A DNA stretch of 64,000 nucleotides from an uncultured cyanobacterium (GTDB lineage Bacteria; Cyanobacteriota; Cyanobacteriia; Cyanobacteriales; Cyanobacteriaceae): assembly GCA_963749915.1 (NCBI GenBank), contig CAVVOP010000005.1, positions 64,001 to 128,000 of the forward strand, in the 5' to 3' direction. How positions within the stretch are numbered: the first letter of the stretch is position 1; each line of letters opens with the position of its first letter. The position numbers and the translations under genes are program-made. Below, piece after piece: positions 20,716 to 30,130 of this stretch. The notes beneath the pieces were generated by a model that was not told the origin of the DNA, made no database searches, and saw nothing but the letters and a program-made list of their open reading frames with translations.

Positions 20716-22530
20716 TTAAAAAGGAATATCATCATCTTCAAAATTCTCAAGTTGAGGACGATTAACAATCTGAACATCAGGGGTTTTCGCTTCAATCAAA
20801 ACAATTTCACCATTAAGGCTTTTCGCTAAAATTTCCGCTGCCTTTTTGGCACTGAGATTTCCCTTTTGTTGAACAGATGTAGGTATTTGTGGAGGAGATA
20901 TCGGAGATTTGCTGTCAGATTGTATTAAAGGAATCACATCGTTTATTGGTGGATTCTTTTGGGTATTGTTAGGGGGAGGAATAGTAGATTTGGGAGGTTC
21001 ACTAGGTTTTGTCTTGGAAATATTTCCTCCAGATTCTTCTTTATTTGACTTTAAGTTTTTATCCTCAAAGAAAAATACTGTCATTGTTTGCCTAAACACT
21101 TTTTGAAAACCAGCCTCTATATCTTTTTTGTTTTTATTCCCCACTTCTAAGAGAAATTTACTCGCCACACAAATTTTTACAGCGTTACCTTCGATACTAG
21201 AAATGTGGCAATTTTGACGGAAAAATGATTTTGTGGTCATCAAATTAATGGCATTGACAACTTTTTCTTTCACGTCAGAAAAGGAAGTTAAATCAACTTT
21301 TTCTCTGTTTTCTAAGGGGGTTTCTGCCCCTATGTTAGTTTGTTCAGGGAGAACAACGGAAGAGACTGCAGGAGTTGGGCTATTTACCGCTGAAGACATG
21401 GTAACTTGATTGCTAGTCACCGTCACAGTGTTAGTCGCATTTGCTGAAGGTAAAAGACTCAATAAGGTAATTTCTAACCATAATCGAGGTTGAGTTGTAT
21501 TTCTAATTTGTAGTTCACTATCTTTAAGTTTTTTTTGACCCTGTAAAATGGTGCTTAATGGCCAATTATGAGCTTCTTGGGTCAATTTTAACCATGTATC
21601 GGCGGTAACAGCCACTAAATCGTTTCTTTCCGGTGCTGTTTTCCCGATTAAGAGGTTTAGGTAAAAGTTTGCTAAATTTTGTAATACAATTAGAGGCTCT
21701 CTACCTCGATCCAAGAGTTTACGACATTGAGTAATTACCGTTTCGGGATTGTCAGTGGCGATGGCCTGTATCAATTCCCATAAATCTTGTTCAGATACGG
21801 CACCAACCAAATCCCAGACTTTTTGAGATGTAATGGTATCGGATAATAAGCTAAGTTGATCTAATAAACTTTGAGCATCCCTCATTCCTCCATTAGATAA
21901 TTGTGCTATTAAAGTCAAGGCTTCGGCGGTAATATCAATATTTTCTTTAGTGGCAATATCCCGTAAATGATCTACCATGGCCTCTAAGGGAATACGGCGG
22001 TAATCGAATCTTTGACACCGAGAGATAATGGTAGGCAATACTCTTTGAGGATCTGTGGTGGCTAAAACAAAAATAACCCTTGGGGGAGGTTCTTCTAAGG
22101 TCTTTAAAAGAGCATTAAAAGCCGCTGTACTGAGCATATGGCACTCATCAATAACATACACCTTATAACGACACTGAACGGGGGCAAATTGTGCTTTTTC
22201 GATGATTTCTCGAATATTATCGACACCCGTATTACTGGCAGCATCAATTTCAATCACGTCTAAAGCTGAACCATTGGTAATACTTCGACAGGCTTCACAA
22301 ACTCCACAGGGACTATCCGTAGGGCGATGGCTTTCAAGACAATTAAGAGATTTAGCCAAAATTCTGGCACTGGAAGTTTTACCAGTACCACGAGGACCAC
22401 AGAAAAGATAAGCAGGGACAATTTTTTCACTTTTGATGGCATTGATAAGAGTTTGAGCGATGGCTTCTTGTCCGGCCAATTGAGCAAAAGTTTGGGGTCG
22501 GTATTTGTGGTGTAAAGGCTCGTAACTCAT
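20716..22530 (-). CDS. dnaX: DNA polymerase III subunit gamma/tau
   Basis: Likely start MSYEPLHHKYRP at 22530; GPRGTGKTS Walker A, Zn-binding cysteines, IDECH, SRC. Confidence 0.96.
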   Translation of the reverse strand: MSYEPLHHKYRPQTFAQLAGQEAIAQTLINAIKSEKIVPAYLFCGPRGTGKTSSARILAKSLNCLESHRPTDSPCGVCEACRSITNGSALDVIEIDAASNTGVDNIREIIEKAQFAPVQCRYKVYVIDECHMLSTAAFNALLKTLEEPPPRVIFVLATTDPQRVLPTIISRCQRFDYRRIPLEAMVDHLRDIATKENIDITAEALTLIAQLSNGGMRDAQSLLDQLSLLSDTITSQKVWDLVGAVSEQDLWELIQAIATDNPETVITQCRKLLDRGREPLIVLQNLANFYLNLLIGKTAPERNDLVAVTADTWLKLTQEAHNWPLSTILQGQKKLKDSELQIRNTTQPRLWLEITLLSLLPSANATNTVTVTSNQVTMSSAVNSPTPAVSSVVLPEQTNIGAETPLENREKVDLTSFSDVKEKVVNAINLMTTKSFFRQNCHISSIEGNAVKICVASKFLLEVGNKNKKDIEAGFQKVFRQTMTVFFFEDKNLKSNKEESGGNISKTKPSEPPKSTIPPPNNTQKNPPINDVIPLIQSDSKSPISPPQIPTSVQQKGNLSAKKAAEILAKSLNGEIVLIEAKTPDVQIVNRPQLENFEDDDIPF

Positions 22531-22682
22531 GATTTTTGAGAAAAAATTAGGGGAGAATGCTTGACAAAATCGGGAGATTTGGGGACTGATATTTAAGTCT
22601 TGTTTATTTGATTCTTTCATTGATAAGATCAATTATCATTAGATCTTAGAACTTAAAAAACCGCTTTCAATAAAGAAAAGCA

Positions 22683-23870
22683 ATGATCAGAAAATTACGG
22701 CAGTGGCTTAATCTTATTCCCGACAACACTATTGAAGCCCACAATCCTCTCGAGAATGATAGGGATCATAATTCCAAGGAGGCAAGTTCATTATCTCACA
22801 ATTCAGAAAAACCTGTCAAAGATGCCGATCTAGAATTTCTCTTTCATCAACTGTTAGAAGGTGTCGTTAATGGTTGGCAAGAAAATCGCATTGAGCAGTT
22901 TTTTGAAAAATTAGAGCCGAGAATCACCGTAGAAACATGGCTTGATTGGTTGCACCGTTATCGTAATCAGTTAATGTCTTCTCCTGCCCCTCATTATCAT
23001 TTTGCTGCTAGAATGATTATCTTGGGGGAAATAACTGCTTCTTTACCCTTTCTTCGTGCCGTTGGTGATTTAGCCTATGAAATTGGTAAAGAGTTATTAA
23101 ATCGGGCGGAGAATAATCCTTTAGTGGAGTCTTTACTACCTCGAACCGCTAATATTTCATTTGATATTAGCCAAGATGCTACAATTAACGATACAGATCA
23201 AGATCCTGAAGTGGCGGAAATTCCCACTTCTTTAGGTGATATTCTCTCTTTATTACAAAATGATGTGAACTTTGCTCAAGATACCGCCCGTCAATTAGGT
23301 ATCGAGACCCTTGATCCGGGTGTAATTATGGAGAAAATAGTTCAAGAAACTGAGTTAACTTCTCTTGTCACCTCAACAGATTCCATTTCTCCTGAAACTG
23401 TTAATGAATTGTTTCATCTCGGTTTGGAAAAAGCCGCAGGGGGAGATTTGGAGGGGGCAATCACCTATTGGGATCAAGTCTTAGCCGCCGATGAGAACTT
23501 TACCCAAGCATGGCATAATCGAGGTAGTGCACTTGCTTACTTAAAGCGTTTTGAAGAAGCAGTGAGAAGTTTTGATCACGCTATCGCTTTAGATGTTAAT
23601 TATCATCAGTCATGGAATGATCGTGGTAATGCTTTATATAGTTTACAATGTTGGCAAGAGGCGATCATTAGTTGGGATCGCACTTTGGGACTACAACCAA
23701 ACGATTATCAAGCATGGTATCATCGAGGTTTAGCGTTGGAAAAATTAAATTTATTCCCAAAGGCGATCGCTAGTTTTCAAAGATGCCTTAGCATTTATGA
23801 TAATTACACCCCTGCCAAAAATGCCTTAACAAGAGTTTCAAGGTTGCTTGAGAAAAAAATAGATAACTAG
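22683..23870 (+). CDS. TPR-repeat protein
   Basis: C-terminal TPRs (AWHNRG, SWNDRG, AWYHRG); its TAG stop is the first bases of the adjacent MITE. Confidence 0.85.
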   Translation: MIRKLRQWLNLIPDNTIEAHNPLENDRDHNSKEASSLSHNSEKPVKDADLEFLFHQLLEGVVNGWQENRIEQFFEKLEPRITVETWLDWLHRYRNQLMSSPAPHYHFAARMIILGEITASLPFLRAVGDLAYEIGKELLNRAENNPLVESLLPRTANISFDISQDATINDTDQDPEVAEIPTSLGDILSLLQNDVNFAQDTARQLGIETLDPGVIMEKIVQETELTSLVTSTDSISPETVNELFHLGLEKAAGGDLEGAITYWDQVLAADENFTQAWHNRGSALAYLKRFEEAVRSFDHAIALDVNYHQSWNDRGNALYSLQCWQEAIISWDRTLGLQPNDYQAWYHRGLALEKLNLFPKAIASFQRCLSIYDNYTPAKNALTRVSRLLEKKIDN

Positions 23871-24081
23871 TGGTCTGTCAAGATAGTTTTGAGGGACTGG
23901 GAACGGATAATTTTGGATCTCTTGGTCGGCATTCCCTCTCTTGGTGGACGTTCCCTTGCGACTTCCGTCGTCGCGGGCTTCCACCGCTTGCGCCTTTCGG
24001 CGGCGCGGGGTCCGACCGCTTTTGGATTTTGGATTTTGGAGGATTGTTTTATCCCTCATTTCAAAATTGGCAGACCACTAG
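23867..24081. mobile_element. MITE (non-autonomous element) carrying a nested 102-bp insert
   Basis: TIRs CTAGTGGTCTGTCAA / TTGGCAGACCACTAG; body nearly identical to 58706-58810 apart from the insert. Confidence 0.85.
23919..24020 (-). mobile_element. Two nested copies of a 51-nt structured small dispersed repeat
   Basis: Inner copy 23938-23988; outer copy 23919-23937 plus 23989-24020; 41/51 identical with compensatory changes; absent from the empty MITE copy. Confidence 0.8.
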
Positions 24082-24116
24082 TTTATTTTTTTATCCCTAG
24101 ACTAAAATCAAAATAA

Positions 24117-24947
24117 ATGACTCACTCATTCCTTTTTTTAATCATGGTTAACCCGGTGAACTCGACTCAATGGCAGTGGCAAGAAACAGAAAAGGGAACT
24201 TATCTCGCCTGTAAATTATTGGCGGATTGGCAACATGGCTTTTTTTCTAGCCATTTTCACCAACAACCGCCAGAAATTTTGGTTAAATATCTTGACCCTT
24301 CCGCTTCCAGCTATCGAGTCAAACAAATCCACAGTAATATAATGGTCACAACAGATACTATTGATTATCATATTCTTAGGGATGCTAATGAGAATTTAGT
24401 GGAAGGAGATGGAATTATTACCGAAAAATCTTTGCAATCCGTTTGGTGTGCTAGTGCCGACTGTACACCTGTCTTAATGGCCGATATGGAAAGCGGTAAA
24501 GTGGCAGCTATTCATTCCGGTTGGCGTGGTACATCTACTAAAATTGTCCCTAATGCCATCACTTTTTTTCAATCTCAAGGTTGTAAGTCGGAGAATTTAT
24601 TATTTGCCTTAGGTCCTGCCATTGATGGTAAGGTTTATCAGGTAGAGACACAAGTAGCGGTTAAAGTGTTAAATACTGTCATCCCTAACTCTGAAAATTT
24701 GGATGTTGATAGTATTTTAGCGGAAGGTTATCTGTTACCTAATCAAGTCATTCTCCCCGATAACGAACCGAATAAAGTAAGGTTAAACGTCACTCAGGTA
24801 ATTAATTTACAAATTCAACAACAAGGCATTTCCCCCGATAATATTGCGATCGCTCCTTATTGTACCTATCAAGTCCCTGAATATTTCTTTTCCTATCGCC
24901 GTACAAAAGAGAAAAATATACAATGGTCTGGTATTGTATCCTCTTAA
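24117..24947 (+). CDS. pgeF: Peptidoglycan editing factor PgeF / YfiH laccase-domain protein
   Basis: QIHS, ADCTPV, HSGWRGT, GPAI, FFSYRR. Confidence 0.9.
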   Translation: MTHSFLFLIMVNPVNSTQWQWQETEKGTYLACKLLADWQHGFFSSHFHQQPPEILVKYLDPSASSYRVKQIHSNIMVTTDTIDYHILRDANENLVEGDGIITEKSLQSVWCASADCTPVLMADMESGKVAAIHSGWRGTSTKIVPNAITFFQSQGCKSENLLFALGPAIDGKVYQVETQVAVKVLNTVIPNSENLDVDSILAEGYLLPNQVILPDNEPNKVRLNVTQVINLQIQQQGISPDNIAIAPYCTYQVPEYFFSYRRTKEKNIQWSGIVSS

Positions 24948-25135
24948 AATAACCTGAGTATTGGATAAGGGAATCAGCTCTAACTGAGGTTAAAATATAT
25001 TCGGTTAGTGCCGACAACATTACTGTTCCTCACTTTTAAGATGCGTTTGCTTCTCCTTGATGCACTAACTTATTGACTAGAAAAAAAAAAATGATACAGT
25101 TTATATGTTAAAACAAGGTATGAATAGGAAATATA

Positions 25136-25333
25136 ATGACTCTTAACTCGGATAGCTTAACTCAGTCAATGAAAGATGATCTAAGTGATTATGTTGCTCA
25201 CTTACAACTACACATGAGTCTTCAATCCCGTAATCTTTTACCATCTATGAGCCAAGTTAATGATAGCCGTGACAATTTACTTTACCAGACTCAAGCCACC
25301 ATCGAAAAATATACTTCCCGCGAGTTGGCTTAA
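25136..25333 (+). CDS. Small hypothetical protein (65 aa) immediately upstream of the 6S RNA
   Basis: AGGA SD, ATG start; AHLQLHMSLQSRNL resembles a conserved cyanobacterial small protein (recollection). Confidence 0.65.
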   Translation: MTLNSDSLTQSMKDDLSDYVAHLQLHMSLQSRNLLPSMSQVNDSRDNLLYQTQATIEKYTSRELA

Positions 25334-25344
25334 TACTTAATTAA

Positions 25345-25517
25345 GCGTTACTGGGAACCATGTTTGCTGGGGTAACTACCAGGATGATTTGAACTTAAAG
25401 CAAGAAATTCAGGAGACTGATTACCAATTAACCAATTTTCAGAAGTAATTACCACACTAGTGGCTTGATCTTGTCTTGGGTAAAAACGCCCGTTAGTACA
25501 AAGGTTTCTGGTAACTC
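25345..25517 (+). ncRNA. ssaA: 6S RNA (SsrS/SsaA)
   Basis: ~175 nt intergenic; termini GTTACTGGGAACC and GGTTTCTGGTAAC pair to close a long rod with internal bulges, as in cyanobacterial 6S RNA; boundaries approximate. Confidence 0.75.
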
Positions 25518-25541
25518 TATATTAACTTATCAACTGTTAAC

Positions 25542-26402
25542 ATGTGGTCAGAAATTATTAACGCAATCAATAAACATACTGCTTCAAAGTTTGAATTAGT
25601 CAATCATAAATCCATCGGTGGGGGTTGTATTAATCAGGCTTATCAAATCACGGGCAAGAACAAAAGTTATTTTGTTAAGTTAAATAGTGCTTCACAGGTA
25701 GAGATGTTTTCCGCCGAAGCCATGGCCTTAGAAGAAATTTACGATACGAATACCATCACAGTGCCAAAACCTGTTTGTTACGGTATGTCACATAAAAATA
25801 GTTACCTAGTTTTAGAATATATTGGTTTAGGGTTTGGTAATAATCAATCATGGGCCTTGATGGGACAAAAATTAGCTTTCTTACATCAAGCAAAGGTAAC
25901 AAAACCCTTCGGTTGGCACGTAAATAACACCATAGGCTCAACCCCACAAATTAACGATTGGGGTGATGATTGGGCGGATTTTTTTGCGAAGAAAAGAATC
26001 GGTTATCAACTCAAATTAGCCAATGGTCGAGGGGGTAACTTTACCAATGTGCAACAGATTATCGAGAAAGTTAGACAAAGTTTATCCAATCATAAGCCAT
26101 CACCTTCTTTAGTACATGGTGATTTATGGTCAGGAAATGCAGGGTTTACCGAGGAAGGAGAAGGGGTTATTTTTGATCCTGCGTGTTACTATGGCGATCG
26201 AGAAGTAGATATTGCCATGACGGAACTATTCGGTGGTTTTCCTTCCGCCTTTTATCAGGGATATAACCAACAATGGGCCTTAGATGACGGTTATAACCAA
26301 AGAAAAACAATTTATAACTTGTACCATATCCTCAATCACTTTAATTTATTTGGCGGTGGATATGAGTCCCAAGCAAAGAGAATGATTCTGTCTTTGCACT
26401 AA
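25542..26402 (+). CDS. Fructosamine kinase family protein
   Basis: GGGCIN, YFVK, HGDLWSGN, FDPACYYGDREVDIAM. Confidence 0.92.
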   Translation: MWSEIINAINKHTASKFELVNHKSIGGGCINQAYQITGKNKSYFVKLNSASQVEMFSAEAMALEEIYDTNTITVPKPVCYGMSHKNSYLVLEYIGLGFGNNQSWALMGQKLAFLHQAKVTKPFGWHVNNTIGSTPQINDWGDDWADFFAKKRIGYQLKLANGRGGNFTNVQQIIEKVRQSLSNHKPSPSLVHGDLWSGNAGFTEEGEGVIFDPACYYGDREVDIAMTELFGGFPSAFYQGYNQQWALDDGYNQRKTIYNLYHILNHFNLFGGGYESQAKRMILSLH

Positions 26403-26541
26403 TTCGCATCTAGAGTTAGTTACTTCTGGGGAAAGAGAATAGTTAAGAGACTTATTCTTATTCAACTCTTTCTTAGCCGTTAATTTTAAACTTGGTGGAA
26501 GATCTAAGTTATAATTGACAAAAAATAGCCCAGAAAAAGGC

Positions 26542-27102
26542 ATGAAGCGCAGATCAAAAAATCCTTATTCTTATGATAACTACTCTGAGCCTGACCGTCG
26601 AAAAGGAGGAAAATCATCTTCACCATTAGAAGGCATTAACTATACTTTAGCCGCTATTTGTGCAGGTATTTTTATTTTAGGTATTGGCGTAGGTATTGCT
26701 TTGAGTTCAGGACAAGTTACCACAGGAAAAAATGTCGCGTCCAGTGAAGTAATTGATCGTAGTGCCCCGAATCCAGAAATTTGCGTACAATTTGGGGCAA
26801 GTGCTATTGTTTCCGATTTGCGAATATTTCTCACTCTTAATCCTTTTAACGTATATGTGAGTCAACCGAGTATGCGTCCGGGATGCGTATTGAGAAGGAA
26901 TAACTGGTCAATATTAGAACAACAAAAATTGGTTACGGATAATCAAGTTAGAGAGTGCAAAAATCGCATGAATACCTTTGGCTTTACAGGAACTTTAGAG
27001 AGTTCTCCTAAGATAGAATGTATTTATCAAAACGATGCCGCCGGAAATCTATTTCTTAATCGACCTGGTGCAGTTGAACCACCACCCACGGAAGATTTCT
27101 AA
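26542..27102 (+). CDS. DUF3172 family protein
   Basis: Single TM, CVQFGASA, PGCVLR, RMNTFGF; ATG 26542 preferred. Confidence 0.8.
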   Translation: MKRRSKNPYSYDNYSEPDRRKGGKSSSPLEGINYTLAAICAGIFILGIGVGIALSSGQVTTGKNVASSEVIDRSAPNPEICVQFGASAIVSDLRIFLTLNPFNVYVSQPSMRPGCVLRRNNWSILEQQKLVTDNQVRECKNRMNTFGFTGTLESSPKIECIYQNDAAGNLFLNRPGAVEPPPTEDF

Positions 27103-27211
27103 TAATAGCGGTAAGCAAAGGCATTTTTATTTTATTCAGTTTTTGATAATGATTACTATGAAATAATGGTGGTTAAATTTACTGAAAAATCAGTAACAAA
27201 TTTTATATTCA

Positions 27212-28732
27212 TTAAGTTTTATAAATAGTAGATAAAATATTACTTTTGACAGATTCAAATTTTTTCTTAAGACTTATTTTACTTAACTCTGGTTGGCTTT
27301 TTCCCTGCCATGAAGCACTTCTAACCATAAAATTTTGTAGTTGATTAACTTTTTCCTCATGGATTTTAACTGTTAATAACTGCCGATATTTGTGAGGTTT
27401 ATTTATTTCAAATATGATGATATGATATAAACTTTGAGAAACTAAATTACTACTAATTTCATAACCAATTTTGGTTTTTAAATCTAAATAACAGGGCAAC
27501 CATTTTGGTTCATATTGACGACGATAAAGTAAATTAACCCATAAAATCATCGGATGGGGTGCAAGTTGATAGATAAAATGATTAAAACAAAAGGTAGATT
27601 TAGGTTGAAAAACATTAATCTCTTCAGATTCCAACATGGTCCATAAACTGGAAAATGTACCTTCTTGTGCCTCTGTTAAACAAGGAAACACAATTTTTTT
27701 CCGGGGTTTATCCCTAGGCCAACCACTTTCTGAATATACTTGTTGTAAAAGTAGATTTTTACTATGATTTTCAACATTTGCCGTCCCTGGCAGAGGGGGT
27801 TTTTCTGTGGTCTTCTGTCTATTATATTCTCTTTCCAAGGAAGTGATAATTGTCAAGATTTCACCTATACTTTGAGGGCGATCCCCTGGAGACTTAGCAA
27901 GGCACCTCATAATCATATTTTCCAAGTTTTTTGGTAAATTTAGATAACTAGGAAGGGGTTGAGGTATATTTTCTTGATGAGCCCGATACCATGCTTGAAA
28001 GGTATAAGATTCGGCGACTATGGGGTTTTTTTGGGTTAACATTCGATACATTAAGACCCCTAAGCTATAAATATCCGATGTGGGTCCTAAGTCATCTTCT
28101 GCCATTTGTTCGGGGGAACAGTATTCAGGAGTACCCATGAAGCGTTTTTGTGTTGTTCCTTGTGCTGAATCATTAATTTGAGCAATACCGAAGTCTAATA
28201 TTTTGACGATGGTTTCCTGATCGAGGGTTTTTACCAAAAAGATATTACTTGGTTTAATGTCTCGATGAATAATGGGAGCTAATTTTCCATCGACAAAAAT
28301 ACCGTTATGGGCACATTTTAAACCCAGACAAATTTGACGGATTAAATATAAAAACTTACTAATAGAAATAGCTTTTTTTTTCACTAAATCATCTAAGTCA
28401 TTCCCTTCTAAATATTCCATCACATAAAAGGGTATTTGATTATTTCCTAAACCATAATCTTTTACCTTAACAATATGGTTACTTTGTTCTCCCAGTAAAG
28501 CACTGATTTTAGCTTCGGTTTGAAATCGGTGACGCATTTTTTCATCTAATAATGCCTGAGATAAAAATTTAATGGCAACAATAGCATTCCCCGACGACTT
28601 ATCGATCGCCTTATAGACTTGTCCCATTGCCCCTTTGCCCACTGAATGAACGAGTTGATAACGATTTACTAACAAATCACTGGAGTTTTTACCAAAAGAT
28701 TTTGCCAGAAGATCTGATAATGGTTTAAACAT
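27212..28732 (-). CDS. Ser/Thr protein kinase, SpkA-like paralog
   Basis: GKGAMG, HRDIKPSN, DFG, GTPEYCSPEQ; same C-terminal domain as 15086-16597. Confidence 0.9.
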   Translation of the reverse strand: MFKPLSDLLAKSFGKNSSDLLVNRYQLVHSVGKGAMGQVYKAIDKSSGNAIVAIKFLSQALLDEKMRHRFQTEAKISALLGEQSNHIVKVKDYGLGNNQIPFYVMEYLEGNDLDDLVKKKAISISKFLYLIRQICLGLKCAHNGIFVDGKLAPIIHRDIKPSNIFLVKTLDQETIVKILDFGIAQINDSAQGTTQKRFMGTPEYCSPEQMAEDDLGPTSDIYSLGVLMYRMLTQKNPIVAESYTFQAWYRAHQENIPQPLPSYLNLPKNLENMIMRCLAKSPGDRPQSIGEILTIITSLEREYNRQKTTEKPPLPGTANVENHSKNLLLQQVYSESGWPRDKPRKKIVFPCLTEAQEGTFSSLWTMLESEEINVFQPKSTFCFNHFIYQLAPHPMILWVNLLYRRQYEPKWLPCYLDLKTKIGYEISSNLVSQSLYHIIIFEINKPHKYRQLLTVKIHEEKVNQLQNFMVRSASWQGKSQPELSKISLKKKFESVKSNILSTIYKT

Positions 28733-28787
28733 TGATTAAGTGTCAGGGAGCCATAGCATACGAAGTTATTGATTATAACATTTTAAT

Positions 28788-28832
28788 GGTTGACACTTGA
28801 CCGTTGATAGTTGACAGTTGTTAATTGTTAAT
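28788..28832. repeat. Heptamer tandem repeat (GTTGACA-like STRR)
   Basis: ggttgacacttgaccgttgatagttgacagttgttaattgttaat. Confidence 0.55.
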
Positions 28833-28836
28833 TTAT

Positions 28837-29874
28837 TTAGTATCTTATTTGTTTTGCTGTTTCAAAAAACACTCTCACGCTTTCTTCTGGTGTACCCACT
28901 AACACTCCATGACCAAGATTGAGAATATGCCCACCTTTGCCAGCTTTATTCACGGTATCATGGATTCTTTGTTTAATAAACTCTGGTGAACCAAATAAGA
29001 CACCAGGATCTATATTTCCCTGTACTTTCATTTGTGATCCGAGTCTTTGTCTAGCCTCAGCCATATCTACAGTCCAATCAACGCTAATTATATCAACCCC
29101 AGACTGCCCCATTCTTTCTAAAACCCCTGCACTACCACTAATATAAAGGATTAAAGGGACATCGGGATGAGTGGCTTTGACTTGTTCAACTACTCTTTTT
29201 TGATAGGGTAATGCAAAGGTTTCGTAGTCTTGAGGACTTAATTCCCCAGCCCATGAATCGAACATTTGTACGACTTGAGCTCCACAATCGATCTGATAAC
29301 GAACATAAACGGCGATGGCATCGGCAACTTTACCTAAGAATTTATGTAAAATATCAGGCTGAGAAAAAGCCATACTTTTAATAACAGCGTAATTTTTCGA
29401 GCTTTTGCCTTCGATAGCATAAGCGGCTAAAGTCCAAGGTGCACCAACAAAACCTAACACAGTGGATTGATTGCCTACTTCCTGTCGTAAAGTACTAAGA
29501 ATAGTTTTAATAAAGGGTAGGGATTTTTCAGGGTTTAAAGGGTGTAATTTTTCAACTTGCTCCAAACTACGGACAGGTGGATCGATAATAGGTCCTTTAC
29601 TTTCAATAATATCAAAGGGAATGCCGATACCGGGCAACGGGGTTAAAATATCAGAGAACATAATCACGCCATCTGGTTGAAACGCACGCCAAGGTTGAAG
29701 AGAAATTTCAATAGCTAAATCAGCATTTTCCGAACGCTCACGAAATTCGGGGTATTTATCTCTTAAATCACGATATACTTTCATATAACGTCCGGCTTGA
29801 CGCATCATCCATACAGGAGGACGATCCAATATTTCACCGCGGGCAACCCTTAATAGACAAGGCAAATCGCTCAT
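28837..29874 (-). CDS. hemE: Uroporphyrinogen decarboxylase
   Basis: [22 protein letters not shown]. Confidence 0.97.
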   Translation of the reverse strand: MSDLPCLLRVARGEILDRPPVWMMRQAGRYMKVYRDLRDKYPEFRERSENADLAIEISLQPWRAFQPDGVIMFSDILTPLPGIGIPFDIIESKGPIIDPPVRSLEQVEKLHPLNPEKSLPFIKTILSTLRQEVGNQSTVLGFVGAPWTLAAYAIEGKSSKNYAVIKSMAFSQPDILHKFLGKVADAIAVYVRYQIDCGAQVVQMFDSWAGELSPQDYETFALPYQKRVVEQVKATHPDVPLILYISGSAGVLERMGQSGVDIISVDWTVDMAEARQRLGSQMKVQGNIDPGVLFGSPEFIKQRIHDTVNKAGKGGHILNLGHGVLVGTPEESVRVFFETAKQIRY

Positions 29875-29945
29875 TATATAATATATTTTATTTCTTATTT
29901 AAGTGCCTTTTTTAGCTTATCATCACACCTATGCACACACCAAAA

Positions 29946-29963
29946 AATGTAACAATGTGTGAA
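29946..29963 (-). promoter_or_regulatory. Possible HLR1 (RpaB) direct repeat upstream of hemE
   Basis: Minus strand TTCACACA-TT-GTTACATT, 10-bp period. Confidence 0.3.
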
Positions 29964-30130
29964 CAATGAATAAGTTCAAAACAGAATTTGAGCTCACTAT
30001 CAAGAAACACAATCACTACCCTCTTGCAGAAGTCGGGGAACAGGGAACTTTGTCTCCCTAAGAAAAAAAACCCCTTTTCATTATATTTGCTAATATTAGT
30101 TAGTCCCCATCTAAATTTGGATTTATCCGT

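Noticed and set aside
22130..22160. Possible intein in dnaX (the Synechocystis DnaX intein sits at the VIDE/CH site)
   Set aside because: The sequence reads VIDECHMLS uninterrupted, so this allele is intein-free.
23838..24116. Three short ORFs spanning the MITE
   Set aside because: Artefacts of the GC-rich, stop-poor repeat insert; no protein-like features.
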